Source: Phoronis australis (taxonomy: Eukaryota; Animalia; Phoronida). Taken from it: 64,000 nucleotides of DNA. The translations under genes were made by a program, and so were the position numbers. The notes under the pieces are model-generated. The model was given only the letters and a program-made list of their open reading frames with translations, was not told where the DNA came from and did not search any database. The stretch covers positions 1 to 64,000 of the forward strand of contig NMRA01000399.1 of NCBI GenBank assembly GCA_002633005.1. The letters run 5' to 3'. The stretch's first letter is position 1, and each line of letters opens with the position of its first letter. Below are positions 1 through 14,200 of this stretch, in pieces.

Positions 1-388
1 GTGCTAAATAATTGAATAAAAATTCTAAAGGTAGTGATTTTGATTAATTTTAATATTAACTGACATGAAATGAAAAAATAATGTGTTTCCGTGATTTTCC
101 ACGTATTTTGCACTGAATTAAAAAACGAGACATTTCTGATTCCAATACTTTGGAGACACGGTGAAAGCCAAATTCGTTGTAACGATGATGTCATAGACTT
201 CGATTAGTGCAAGCGCCGTCTCAAGTTTTTTTGGCGCTAAATGGGATTCGTGATGGGGCAACTGTATTGTCGAAGGCCTACTTAATTAACGACTGGGGTA
301 TGCTATGACACAGTATTTTGATGTTTTTTATCAATAAATGTATTTTAGATGTAAAAATAGTCATTTTGGCACCATACTTGGCCTTTAA
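1..388. mobile_element. End of a dispersed DNA transposon family (Kolobok-like TTAA boundary); homologous to 19022-19445
   Basis: 1-388 aligns by eye with 19022-19445. It ends ...GGCACCATACTTGGCCT+TTAA. Confidence 0.6.
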
Positions 389-923
389 ATGAGCACGCGC
401 AACAATCGCATGTTCAGCAAAGGGCATTGCACCGACAATTATACGCTATGAAAAATAAGACGCATAATTTTTATAAAAACGATATTTTAATTCAGTGAAA
501 TTTTTCTCTCGTGTTCTCTCACTTGTAAATCACCGAACTCCAATTTGAATGCAGGTGTCGTGTGGTCGGGATCCTTTGACTTGAGCATTATAGTCAGTTA
601 CTACTGGTAACCTACTTTAGCAGACGATATATTCCCGGTCAAAGCTTAGCGTGATAGAATGTGTAGTAAGTTATAACAGTTGCTAAACCTTAATTTATAG
701 ATTCACTTTATTTCTATTTTGTTTTATTTTTCAATTGGTTTTGAGTAAAAGCATTATTTTACAAAAATATCTCGGCTTTTCTTAAAAGGTCACGACCTCC
801 GACCCCGGGCCTCTGACATAGAAAGTAGTTACAAAGCCGAGGCGAGTCCAGAAAGGTAGATCGATTCATTGCAATGTTTCTCGTTCAGTATGTGGTATAA
901 ATAGATTATTACATGTTCTCAGT

Positions 924-1042
924 CGTTATCCCCCTTATCTAAGGCCCTCGTGGATTTTGTAGAATTATCACCCTCGGGGTTAACGCCCCTCGGGCGATAA
1001 TTCTCCAAATCCACTCGGGCTCTAGATAACGGGGGATAACGA
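924..1042. repeat. Palindromic MITE-like hairpin next to an assembly gap
   Basis: GTTATCCCCCTTATCTA...GTGGATTT..GAATTATCACCCTCGGGG / CCCCTCGGGCGATAATTC..AAATCCAC...TAGATAACGGGGGATAAC are imperfect inverted arms. Confidence 0.7.
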
Positions 1043-4000
1043 NNNNNNNNNNNNNNNNNNNNNNNNNNNNNNNNNNNNNNNNNNNNNNNNNNNNNNNNNN
1101 NNNNNNNNNNNNNNNNNNNNNNNNNNNNNNNNNNNNNNNNNNNNNNNNNNNNNNNNNNNNNNNNNNNNNNNNNNNNNNNNNNNNNNGCCAGAAAAATGAA
1201 ACAGAAACAGCGTGAAGCGCGAAGAAAAAGAAAGTTCAGTAACTAGGACCAGTAGCGGATGGGGGGCTCAGATCCCAGATGGAGGTGGAATCGTGTTCCC
1301 GTTTTTTTAGTCCACCGATAGATTTTCTGAACAGAAGGTTCACATCCTCGGCTCCCACAACTTTCGGGCCCCTGTGCACATACAATCACGCTTTGCCCAA
1401 TTCCCTGAGGCAACATGTTATGGTATCCTAGATCCTCCACTGTATGGTTCCTAAAATACTTGGATGCGATGGGTGATCTTGTTTGAATCTACTGACAAAT
1501 AAATTATCATTCTCGAAATGTGGAAACAGAGAATAATAGATTTTCCGTTTACTTGATTTTCTTATAGATCTAACATTCACCCTCTGACGATAAATCTCGA
1601 TCCTTGTTCACTTTTCACAGCTCATTGTATATGTATTTGTCACAGGTATTATGCACGTCAACATGAAAACAAGTTTGTCTGTAATGCGTATTTTTGACTG
1701 AAGAGTTTTGTATGTAGTATTACCATGTTTGCATAAAAGGAATTTAAACTATTCTATCTATTTTAAACAGGTTCCAAGCAGCTTCCTGTGTTCCAGAAAG
1801 TCACGGATAAGAGGAAGAGTCCCCCTCAACTGACGCAGCACGTTCATGCTACTAAATCAGGGACACACAACTGGTCTCATTGACAGCACATGTGTGCTTG
1901 CTTTGTTGTCAGCGTTAAACTTTATTATGTGTATGGTATCTGATTGGTCACATTGCTAGTTGCGTGACATCCTGGTGGCGTAAATGAAAAGTGTTATTCC
2001 ACAGGGAGGTGGGTCAAAATTATCAAACTGTGTTCCAGACAATCAGAGGACAGAAGTATCAGGTTAGCAGAAAGTCCTGGGTTCAAACCTTGGTGGGGAC
2101 AGAGAGCATTTTTGATGTAACTATGTATCACCTGATGCCAACAAAATATCGGGCGGTGTGAAAAGATTAATTCTTGCTTATTATTCTCAAAGTTTTAACA
2201 ATTTCTTCCTTTGAATTAACGTCAAGGCAGACTCTAGTCAAATGGAATCTGTTATTGTGACGAAATCACCTTTTTTAAGTTTGCCTCTGTATTTTAAGAG
2301 TTCGTTGGTATACTTTCATGAAATTTGACAAATAGTTGTGTTTTACAGAGATGACGCCACCTTCTCAATTCGGATGGTTTGAACACATTAAACAAAGTAA
2401 TGACCATTTTTATGATTCCAAAAACACGACTGGAATAGCGTTGCAGTCGTGGATGCAGTAGCTCTTGTATACAGAAGGCAAGCATCGAAACTTTTTACAC
2501 CATTTGAGCATTTATTGCAGTGCTGCATGTCAAAGGTTATTATAAGTGTGTAGGGGGATGGATTGTTTTTCAAATGAGAACCATTCATTACACAGCACAC
2601 ATCCCATGGAGTCCGCTCAGTGTTGTCATCGAAAAATTATTATTGATTACTGCAGCAGAATATTTGTGCAAGTCAGAATGTTGCGATGTTGCATTTTACA
2701 AGTACATGTACCAAAAGATTTCAAAAGAAATTAGACAGACTTCAACAGAAGTCTCTAAGACTGCCAAATTTGGATAAACTTCTTACCAGAATTATTTTTG
2801 TCAGTTTACGTAGTCGAACTTTTGTCAGAGTTGAATGACGACATTGTGTCTAGTCCTTAATTTTTTGTGTGTGACTGGTCTTGCGCAATAATTTGTTTTT
2901 GTTGAGATTTAGCTAGAATTGGATTGGATTCTATTGGAAAATAAATAGATATATTATTAACCTTGTCAAATTACGACATTGTGTAATTTAGTTTGAAAAA
3001 TACTGTATGCCAGCCTTTGTACCTTTACACAGTATGGTTTGTGTTGTATTGTAAAATAAAAACTTAGACCTGTCCATGCAGATATTGTTAAAGCAAAGTC
3101 ACATTCTTATTTTTAAATATCTTTAAAAACTATCCACCATTTTCGTTGTAACATACATCATCTCCAGAGACTCTGTCCACCTGCACTAACATGGAGAACA
3201 TGTTTTCTGTGATCTCCTGAGCTTCCCAAAAAGAATGGGCCCAACTCGAGGATTTCATTTTTGTCTATGAAAGTTTCTCATTAAAGGTATTGAAATTTTT
3301 ATAAAATTGAAAACGTAAAACCCCATACTTTTTTAAGTACTGGTTAAATTTGGAATTATGTAGATGAAGACGAATGCTAATGTGTTAGAGTAGTCTCAAG
3401 AACAGGAATTGTGTTTACAATTTATTGTAATCTTCGAGAGAAAGCTTGCTTCACTACTTTTTGTAAAATGCAAAGACATTGATTCCAAGTTTGCTTATTA
3501 AAGGGAAGAGTATTTTGTTCTGAATTAATTTAGCACACAGCTTTGTACCAAGGCAAGAGCGACGGATGGTATCCTATGTCCACCCTCTTAGGCAACACCT
3601 TTTTCGCAGTTTGAACAACTAGGTGCCATACAAAAAGGCATGGAGAACTTTTTACTACACTGGCAAACAGTAAATAATAAGAATCGGCGATACAATGATA
3701 AAACGCAATGTAAACTCTATCCACTCAATGCCCCAATATGGAGCAGAAATATGTGATAAGCAGTCGATGCCCTGTCAACCACTGACATATCAGCCAACCA
3801 CAGATTGCTGTCAGCATTAGTGTTTTTACAATAATTACTGTGAATCAGCTTTTGTTTGGAGCGCAACTCTTGCAAATGTGAGTTTTATTTGTATGTTAGA
3901 ACCGGTTTACGGTTGCATTATTTTTACTACAGTCATCTTTTAATGTTGGCATTGGGTAAAAATTAATCGCCTATAATTTACAGGGACAGAAAAATTGCTC

Positions 4001-4119
4001 ATAATGTCTTGAAATCTTTCAGAGAATGCTTACTCCACAACATAGGGTTTGTAAAGGGAAAATGGAATGGCCTGCTTAAACGTGGAATTGGGAAGAAAAT
4101 AATTGTTAACCTGTTCAAT

Positions 4120-5585
4120 AAAGTCTCAAGATAAGAAAAAAGTTGTGCTTACAGCATATTGTAACCAGCCAGAGAATGTTTGGTTCACCGTGTGACTTTG
4201 TAAAACTAACATACAATCGTAACTTGGGTTCCAAGTTTAAGCAAGGGCGTGGCTTGCTTAAACTTAGAATTTGGTAGAAAACAATTGCAAATGCATTCAG
4301 AGATGTTCCAAACGTAATAGAAAATGCATATATGACATACTGTAACCGGTCAGAGAATATTTGCTGCAACACACGATTTTTTGTAAAGAAGAAATTGAAT
4401 TATTTCAAGTTTAAGCAAGGGCGTGGCTTGCTTAAACTTGGAATTGGGTACAAAAAAACAACGAAATGCATTCAGGGGTGTTTCAAAAGTAATAGAAAAT
4501 GCACTTACAATGTATTGCAACCAGTGAAAGAATGTTTGGTTAACCACGTGATTTTTTGTAAGGCAGAAACTGAATTATTCCAAGTTTAAGCGAGCCACGA
4601 CCTTGCCTAAACTTGGAATTGGGTAGAAAAAAACTGCGAATGCGCTCAGAAGTGTTCCAAAATTAATAGAAAATGCATTTAAAATGTCTTGCAACCCATT
4701 ACCGAATGTTTGGTTCACCATGTGTTTTTTGTAAAGCAAAAGTTGAGTTATTCCAAGTATCTTGCTTAATCTTGGAATTGGGTAGAAAAACTGCGAATGC
4801 GCTCAGAAGTATTCTAAAGGTAATAGAAAGAAGCATTTAACATATTGCAACCAGTCAGAGAATGTTTGGTTCACCACGTGAGTTTTTGTGAAGCAGAAAT
4901 TGAGTTATTCCAAGTTTAAGCGAGCCACGCCCTTGCTTAAAATTGGAAGTGGGTAGGAAACAACTGCGAATGCATTCGGGTGTTTCGAAAGTAATGGAAA
5001 ATGCAGTTACATTGTATTGCAATCATTAAGAGAAGCCGGTTTGGCTCACATCGCGAACTGAATTTTTTAGAGAAGAAATTGAATTATTCCAAGTTTAAGC
5101 AACCAGTGTGGCTTGCTTAAACTTGGAATTAGGGAGAAAAAACAGCGAATGCGCTCAGAGGTGCTCTAAAGGTAATAGAAAAAAAGCATTTAAAATGTAT
5201 TGCAACCAGTTAGAGAATGTTTAGTTAACCGCGTGAGTTTTTGTGAAGCAGAAATTGAATTTTTCCAAGTATAAGCGAGCCACGCTCTTGCTTAAACTTG
5301 GAGTTGGTTAGAAAAAACTGCGAATGTGCTCAGAAGTGTTTCAAAATTAATAGAAAATGCATTTAAAATGTCTTGCAACCAGTTACCGAATGTTTGGTTC
5401 ACCAAGTGATCTTTTGTAAAGCAGACATTGAATTATTCCAAGTTAAAGCAAGGGCGTATCTTGCTTAAACTTGGAATTTACGGGGGTAGAAAAAACTCGG
5501 CCAGAGGTCTTCTGAAATTAACTGAGAGAATGCCTATAAAGTGTACGTATTGCAACCAGTTAGTGAATGTTTAATCAAGTTCACC
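4120..5585. repeat. Tandem array of ~8 x ~175-bp units, each with a 17-bp-arm hairpin
   Basis: TTCCAAGTTTAAGCAAG-N7-CTTGCTTAAACTTGGAA recurs at ~4229, 4403, 4578, 4751 (partly deleted), 4908, 5087, 5263 and 5436, with conserved intervening motifs (GTAATAGAAAATGCA, TTGCAACCAGT, GAATGTTTGGTTCACC). Confidence 0.92.
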
Positions 5586-6024
5586 TCTTGATCAAACATC
5601 AACCAGGCACTAATTTCAAACATCAAGCTTTATTGGAATAGGCAGCAACACAGAAATCAAATGGCCACCGTAGCCGTAGGGCTATGACCTTGAATGCCCG
5701 GTGCATTACTGAGGGAACATGTAAGCACAATCAGTCCTTAAGTGATTTTTTATTCCAGTCCCTCGCCGGGTACTAGTATTCATGACCAGGCCACGGGAGC
5801 TTTATTTCGCCTTTTTAGTTTCTCTCCGTAGCCTATACCGGTTCAAGCATTAACGATTTCAGCCCAAGCGCCTTGTTCTGTGATTGTGTGTCAGGCAGCC
5901 ACTTAATTCCAAGTTAACGCAAGATTCCAAGTTCACGTACGGGGTTTGGCAGTTTGCTTAATTAATCTCAAATCTTGAAGATTACTTGCGTGATCTAGGA
6001 ATTCCTACTAGTTCACGCAACACT

Positions 6025-6320
6025 CACTTCCGCTTATTCTTGATATTAATCAGGATAATCAGCAGTTGGTAGGAGTGGTTAGTCAAAGGACCATGTCTGA
6101 CTTGACGTGGAAAGCCGAGCATCTATGGGTTTGCCCCGAGCGTGACGACGCTGATTCTGCACCCGAGTATACCCAAGTTCACGTACAACAGCGGGAATCA
6201 TGATTTACTCTCGACGGTCAACAGATAGCGTTGCGATCTTTTCTAGGAAATGTAGCTTAGTCACTTAGTGACTCGAATGTTCCTAAGTTAATATTCGTCA
6301 GTTGGCTTCAGAAGGTAAGT
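6025..6320 (+). promoter_or_regulatory. Candidate promoter and non-coding first exon of the DED-TPR-TIR gene
   Basis: ETS-type CACTTCCG at 6025-6032, CpG-richer stretch, and a consensus donor AAG|GTAAGT at 6315. The DED exon has an acceptor 20 nt before its ATG, which implies an upstream 5'UTR exon. Confidence 0.35.
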
Positions 6321-7574
6321 TCTCATGCAGTTTAGATTGAGGACGCATTTGCATATCTTTTGGCTGTCGTGAAGATCGTTAAGCTTCTAAACATCAGGTC
6401 AGAAGTCCAACTCTGTTGAAGCAACTTATAGCCGGAAGAAGCACAAAATAATGGAGTTGTAATTCTTGAGGACTTGAGGGAGGAATCTCCGACTTACCAG
6501 CTCCGATTTCAACAGCACTAAGTAAACCAAACGTCTCAATTAAGAATAGAGTTGTTGTAGATGTGCTTCCGGTGAATTATATGAGCCTCTGTTAGCTACT
6601 CGCTAACGGGCAATTGCCTATTAGCTGAATGGTTAGCACGCTTGCCGGTTTTATGTTTATGGGGGTCGCGGGTTCGGGTAATCTCGGCTAATACTACAGA
6701 GTTATCAGTTGTTATTTGTAAATAATATCCTGAACTGTTTACGGCAAATTTAGGTTGTCGAATAGACGTCTTCCGGTCTGCTGTCATACATTGATTCCTA
6801 ATCATGGATATCTCGCCGGACTTCGCTTGGATGATGTACTTTGACTATAGAAGAGGAAAGTCTGATAACACTGTAAACTCCCATTCCATGCATATAACAA
6901 TTTAGAGCTGGTTCCACCTAGCTCAACCGACAAACGAGATCTCACCACAGTTCTCGTCTGCTGTTATGACTTGTACAAGACTTGTACGTTGTATAACATC
7001 ATCCAATAAACCAAGGAGACCAGACATCTCTAAGCATCTAGCAATCTCATAATTACTAATACGGTGTTGATGTGCTAGCAGTGAAAGGCATTCTGTTCGG
7101 TTAGGAACGTTGAATGCGCGACACAGTGCGAGAACGCGGTCCAAGGATAATACTAGTCTGAAGGAGGATAATAGTTTTATTACATACTCTTCTACTGATA
7201 CTACTGAGTCTGTTACAATCCATGCGATCATACACTTTTATAGTGACATACATGAATCATAACAGGATATAGTGAACAAACATGTTTACTACAATTCCTC
7301 ATATTGGGGGTGTATTACGTAACACTTAATTCTCTGAACTACTCCTACACATGCACTCACTGGGATATGAGATCATACTCTAACATACGGTCTAACAGAT
7401 CACTGGGTTCAAGCGTTGTAAACAGTATGAATTTACTGAACGGCTATATATACTTTGCTTTCCAGCAATATGTCTTGTATTGTAACTATGCTGCCCTTAC
7501 CACTTTATTGCTTAAAGAAGACAGCTTACCTTAAGGATATATACCACTGGTCCTGAACACAGAAAATGCACGTG

Positions 7575-7838
7575 TTGACTGATTTGCAAACAAAAGCAAA
7601 CAACAACTGAACTTATCACAACCAAGGTAGAACAATGACTGACTCGACAGCTCTCACACTCAGACTATATGAAAAGAAATTGGCGCGAAATTCTTACCTC
7701 CCAAAACGTCTGCTTCCAGAGTAGAGGACAAATAATTAACTAAATTATAAAAAGCTGTAATTAAGTGAAAACTATGTCTAGGATAATCACCAAACATTAT
7801 TTTTGCTAAAAATGACATGAAAAAGGTTGCCTTCGGCT
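7575..7838. mobile_element. Diverged terminal fragment of the Kolobok-like family seen at 40151-41484
   Basis: Aligns with 41220-41484 and ends ...CATGAAAAAGGTTGCCTTCGGCT+TTAA, about 100 bp upstream of the DED exon. Confidence 0.75.
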
Positions 7839-7959
7839 TTAATTGTCAGCATGTTTCACTGAAGGCACAATGATTTCAACTGATATTTGATATCACTGCA
7901 TATCAATATCACAAAATTTCAACTGATTTTTTAATTTTAGCAGCCAGAGTTCAGATGCA

Positions 7960-8248
7960 ATGGCTACAAGATGGTCTGAAGAGCAGTCACCCCCGTGTGA
8001 CTGGCGGGGATTAATATTCAACATCTGTAAGGAGTTGTCCGAAGAAAACATGAAGTCAATGAAGTTTCTGTGCAAGCGTAATCTACAGAAAGGTTCATTG
8101 GAAACATGCAAAGATGGATTAGATCTCGTGACGCTGCTGGAGGAACGCACCTTAATAACTGAGCAAGATTGTTCTTATTTGATACTACTGCTAAAAGAAG
8201 TTGGAAGAACAGACTTATCGCGAAAACTCCTTGATGCCGATCAGAAAA
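7960..8248 (+). CDS. Exon encoding a death effector domain (DED)
   Basis: WRGLIFNICKELSEENMKSMKFLC...KDGLDLVTLLEERTLI..DCSYLILLLKEVGRTDL matches the caspase-8/FADD DED pattern, including the C-terminal RxDL motif. Acceptor TTTTAG at 7935-7940; donor GTATGT at 8249. Confidence 0.9.
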
Positions 8249-11200
8249 GTATGTCTTATTTCTTGGCCTTTGTTCATTCATGCTGCCTCGCTTAACTTGT
8301 CACTTTTGGGGCTTTGATAAAAGCGACAACTTCTTTGAGTCATGATTCATGGGAATGTTAAAGGTGATGATGACTGGTTCAGATTGCCTAGTTGTGCGAT
8401 GACAAGTTTAAAGAATACTAAACTATGTTTTGGTGATTTCAACTATATCCTCTTTTTGTCCCTCTTAATCTACCACTGACGTTCAACTTCATTGATAAAA
8501 GAAGGATTCAACTAAAACATATACAATGTCACAGAATGGACATTATAGTTTTTAGTGAATGTCTCTTCGCTACAGTTGTTGTGTAAATCATCTAAAGTGT
8601 ATGTCTAACTTGCTACTTTAGCAGACTTTGTTGGGAGTTTTTAGATTTCCCATAAGCCGTAGAAGTTGGACAAGGGTTAAGGAGCATTGTTTTACACAAT
8701 AAAGTTGTGTGTGAGTGTCATTGTTAAGATTATCTAGGAGCTGAGAATACTTTCCAAATTTGACTACCTTCGGCTCAGATTGGATTTATATGAAACTTTC
8801 AGACACCAAGCTTTATGCATGCTTCTGTAAACCTTTGTTGGGAACTGTGATTTAAAATGTTCCACTTTTGCACGAAGGTCCATTAAAATTAGAATGTTTA
8901 ATATTATATTTGTGGAAAATATAAAAGATGCATGAGAGAAAATGAAGTGATCACATGACAACTGTTGAGATTTTATCATGAACACGTGCATTAAACTGAT
9001 GTCACCAATTTTGGACAAAAATAATTGTCAAAATTGCGCTTCTTTAATTTTTTAAGAGCTGTCTGCCAGTTGGTAGGTATAATAGTACTAAATGTGAATA
9101 TGTCAAAACATTTCTGTATTGTGAAAAAATGAGAATATGCAATTGCCTCTTGTCCACCATATCGTGTCCTAAATTTGTGAGATTATACCATTACATTAAT
9201 AGAAATTTGGTCGTGTTGTTTTGGTTCTTTTGTGGTTAGGTGACCCTGTCATTGGCAGATTGGTACAATGTCAAAAATCAAATTCAACTTTCAGAAAAAC
9301 GTACACTTTCACTGAATTGAAACAGGCAGTGCTGTAGGTACCTAGCCATAAATACACACTTCTCTTAAAGTTAAAAAACAGGTGTGGTTCATTTTCCAGT
9401 GCTGTGTCTTTATTGACTTGATCACCATTGTTTGCCTTGAAGTCCCACATATGCAACTATTGTAAGATGGCCAGCTTAAACTTGCATTTCCAAGTTTGGG
9501 TTGATAAATGCCACCTGCAGCTCATTGGTTGGTTTTGACCCTTAGCAGGGATCACTTCAATTAGTCAACACCTAATTACATTTTCTTTTTTCTGGTCTAG
9601 TGTTTTTATTCAAATTCTATTGCTTTCGTTCTCTCACTACATTAAAAAGTTGTATGACTATGTTTGCATGTGCAAGGATATTCCTGGACTGTGCCTTTGC
9701 ACCATTGGCTCATAAAAAATAAAAAGGCGCAAGTACATTGCAACGGCGGTGAGCTCCTGGAGGCTCATATGCAAAAATGTTCCAGAAACTGAAAGATACT
9801 AGTCAACGTACTGCCTGTGGGGTAAAACATAACCCTGTTCTTATTTCAATTGCCCTTGTGATTCTGTTTTATATGTGACAACTTGAATTATACAAAGTCT
9901 GCTGGGCACAACTTTTTGAAAAAAGACACACTTTTTATCATCAGGTGCGCCAAAGGGCCAAGGTTCAAACCTAGTCAGGAATATCCCTGCATGTGCTTCA
10001 CAAGCTACCAGTCTTATAGCATATTGTGGAAATAACATTTTCACAGTTTAGAACCTGTAAGGTGCTCTGTTAAATCAGGTGAATAAACAGTAAGATTCCA
10101 AATTATTTCATGTACCGTTGCTGGTTGTTTATAGGCAAAACCATGGTTCTCCTTCATCAAGGAAAACTATGGATAGCTATAACCACAAAATAGTTTCCTT
10201 AGATACGTGGAGATGTGTAAAAATTAGAGACTCATGAAAAATGAAAAGGGGAGAAAAACCATGAGGGCCCCCATGGAAAGCAGTGTTAAACAATGGGGCT
10301 CCCCTCATTGTAAATATTACATTAATAAATAAACATGAAAAATTTCAGAATTGTATGGACTACCCTCACTGTGTGAGTCCATTCATCCATTTGTTCATTT
10401 GCATGTAGACAACAGTAGAGAAACTAATGCTTGTGAAAAGGAAAATTTTATTGAGCTGGAGAATCGAAATAAATGCATGATGAACGGTAACCTTGAAACA
10501 CTGGACGTGCTTAATTTTTCACTCTACTTACAAAACTTTGTGCATTATTTTCACCCAAAACAGAATCAGCTAACGCCACTGGCAGACTCCCTCTCAGCCG
10601 TGACTCATCATTAACAAGTGCTGGAGACTCGGCGCAAGTGAAGGAACACAACTCAAGGTCTAGTGCGTCTGAATATGGTGGCCGTCGAGGACACTCCAAT
10701 GGTTTGTTCTTAATTTTGTTCTTGTCAACAAAAGCAAACTCTACTCGATAACTTCAGTGTTCACATTCCAACATCACATTTTTTTATTTAATCACAGTCC
10801 CGCATTTTTTTAAGAGCAAATAAATAATCTTGACCATTGGAAACCAAAGTTTGGGATTGTCATAATGGGGAGACAGTACCCATAAAGATTACCTTATAAG
10901 GTAAGCCTGGCAACTGCACCATGAATATAGTCAAAATCACGTCAGGGGCCATGATTTAGGTAACCATTATTTATACTAATTTCAAATTATTGTTTACTCA
11001 GTTGAAAGTTAATTTCTGGACTTCACATGAACTGGCTGTGTGTTGACTTTGATTCCTTGATTCGAATTAAAAGTCAAATAAAGTCACTTTGTGCACGAAA
11101 ATTGAAGAGTGCTGGCCATAGTACAGGATATGCAGTGTAGTTCCAAGGCTGAACAACAGGTGAAATGCTGGTTGGTCATTGGCCTTTTGACACAATATAC

Positions 11201-14200
11201 ATTAGTGACTGGTTGGGTTAAACCAAGTTTTGAACCTTGGGCCTGTTTTGTGAAAGTGACTTCAGATTGAAATTTGGTTAACTGTTCCACTTGATAGTTT
11301 CTGGGATTATCTCACAAACGATTATGCATGTAGTCTTAGAGTCACTTCACTTTTGTTCAACCGAGGTTTTCGTTATTTTTCATAAATAGTGGAGCATATA
11401 TAATGTATGTGGTGCATTCCACAGTATTAGTTTTGTTACAGATGTGACATTCAGACACTTTAAATTCCAATATAAAATTAGTGAAACATCACAGTAGTAA
11501 GAAATTTTAAGTACACATTACACACTTGATGGAAGTTTTTCAGGTATCAAAAGTTTTTAATTCTGCACATTATAAGTGTACTAAAATTTACTTTTAATTA
11601 GTGTTACAGATGTGACCGAAAATGCCATGGTTAATATGCTAATGGTGGTTTGTCTAAAAACTCTGTTCTGTCTTTCATATTATGGAACTAGTTTCCCTAT
11701 AGATAATTTAACTATTTATTTGGCTATAACATGAAGAAAAGGTTTTTGAACTAAAATCAAGTCTTTGTATAATTATGAGCAATTTAAAAAAACCACGTGC
11801 GTTACAGATGTGACTGTTACAGATGTGACTATTTGGCACTTGCACTATACAGAGTTGTAGAATGCAATTTTAATGAAAACAAAGCTAATAAAATCACATT
11901 AAGTGTATGTAAGGGTTGTGGGTAAACTATTTTAGTGTTTTTGATAGATGGAGTCTTAAAATTTACTTTGCTTGTTTGCGTGCACCTGTGTTTTGAGCTT
12001 CATTATGAAATTGTGTTCACTGAGAGAAAAATACAACAACTATACCAAGTAAGTCCTTAAACCACCTTGAAAAAGTTGAGTTTAGTAACAGGAGTAAATC
12101 AGGTACAACTAACTAAGACCAACATAAACACTCATACAGGTATAATTACGAAGTGACGTGAAATGCTGACATGACGTACTGAGCTAAAATCTTAGGATTA
12201 AATGTTCGTTTAGGCTGCGACAGTTGCTTGTCCTTGTAAATTATTCTGAGCAATGATCGATATGCAGAACAGGCAGTTTTTTGATTATTTGGTCCGTCAA
12301 TCCATGTGGTGTCGTCTTGTGCTGGTAAACTGAACGCAGTCTTGTTACTATCTGTTTTTCTCATGACAGTGACTTTGATACCATCTCTTTCAACCATCAT
12401 GGTCTATGCAACGTTTGAGCTCCTAGGACACAATTGTTCCATCGAAATTGGAATCCTAGCGTGAAACAAATATCCCGGAGTCAAAACAGCTAACCAGCCC
12501 GAAAAACAAACCCGGCTTTTAAAACGCGAACCCCAGTGATCAAATAGGGAACCTTGACAATTTTTCAAATTTTCTAAGACAACGTCAATAGCCTCAAACT
12601 GAGCATTTTCTAGTACTTTCCATTTGTTTTCTGAATTTGTTAAAGATTAGCAATAATAAAACGTAACTTACGTTATGTTGACTTGTTGCTTAAAACTCGT
12701 GCAATTTGTGGTCACCAACTTTTCTGTTCTTGTCCTCAAGAAGAGTTACTTCAACTCCTCAATGATCACTAAATTTGGAATCGGAATTTCTGAACTCTAC
12801 GCATTCACATGCTTTTTTGGTAGATAATCCCTTAGAATTCTGTGACCATTGTGGCATCCACCACTCAAGCACATGCCATTTTTCATTGTTCACCCTGTCT
12901 AGTACACTGTACACACGTCCGCGATTTAAGAATGAACACTTTTTTTGCTACAGATCAGTCCTAAGTTGTTTAAAACAACATATCACATCAACTATTTAAA
13001 ATAGGAAGATTTATTGTTTCATCAAAATGTGAAATTGATACAAGTCGTATGAACACAGAGTGCTAATAAAGGCACTATTTTCTTGCAATAAACAATGTTG
13101 GAAAGCAAGTACAGGAGTGGTGTTTCGGTCCGGGGTGTCCTGTCCGATCCCCAGGGTTTCTGTTTTAGAGGTCGGGGTTTGTGTTTTTCGGGCTGGTAAG
13201 CTGTTTTGAAGGTGCGGTAGTACGTTTTTGACTCTGGTCTATCTGCTTAACACCGTAATACCAGTTTTGATGGAACATCTTGCTTGAAACGAATACCTCG
13301 GAACTCAACAACCACAAAATCACTGACAGAAAAAACACTAATCAGTCCCTCTGATGAAGGGGGATATGCCTCCGGTGAAGTGGGCGGATTTTCAGCTTGT
13401 GCTTTGGGTGAAGTTTGTGGATTTTTCAGCTGGTTGCTATAGTGAATGAAGGGGACCTTCAGTGCATGTGTTCTTCACCGCAGTGTGTGTCGACGTTACT
13501 GTTAGCCGTGAACTATCGCTAAACGGGGAGTACTTGGCTCAGTAGATGATTAACAGTGGCTTTAACAATTCTTCATAGATATTTGTTCAAATTAATCATA
13601 CACACCTTTTAAAAATTGAGTCATGAAAAGTAAATCTTTACTTAGTGGCTGCAAAAGATGGTCACATTTCTTACATCATGTCACATCTGTAACAAACTGT
13701 TACAGATGTGACTTGAAATGTTTTTTGATTTTTTTGGAACTGGATTGAGATACATTTGAGAAATTTTGCTAAATTATGTTGATTAGGGTGAATAAAGAGA
13801 AAATTAAATTGTGTTAAAATTGATTTACTTTTTTTCCTAAAATCAAAACTTTTGTTACTTAAATGTTACAGATGTGACTTTCACTAATTTGAAAGTTTAA
13901 TTGGAAATACTAATTATCAAAAAATCAGGTAGTTTCAACTGTTAGTATACTTCTTGTGTAGCAAATGATATATTAAAACAATTTTGGCATTTATTTCTTC
14001 ATGTCTGTAGAAAAAATTATGAAAAAAGTTATGTCACATCTGTAACGCAAAATTTTACAAATAAGAGATAAACCTTCCGATAAAAGCAAAATTTCTAAGA
14101 CTAACAGAAAATGGACCTGCAGACAACAAAATTCAATGATTAAACTATGTTTTAACATCAAAATGAAAGTTAAAAGGCTGATTTGAAATTTTTAAGTCCA

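Noticed and set aside
1770-1883. Possible terminal exon of an upstream gene (SKQLPVFQKVTDKRKSPPQ...)
   Set aside because: There is an acceptor and a short open frame, but no recognisable homology or partner exon in the window.
2294-2777. Possible decayed hAT dimerisation-domain remnant
   Set aside because: The similarity needs several frameshifts and is too weak to support by eye.
4120-5585. CRISPR-like or integron-like array (regular palindromic repeats)
   Set aside because: The sequences between hairpins are homologous to each other rather than unique spacers or cassettes, there is no cas or integrase gene, and the context is eukaryotic.
6590-7324. Possible solo LTR (TGTTA...TAACA, internal AATAAA) and the 102-aa ORF at 6923-7231
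   Set aside because: No matching target-site duplication and no recognisable protein motif.
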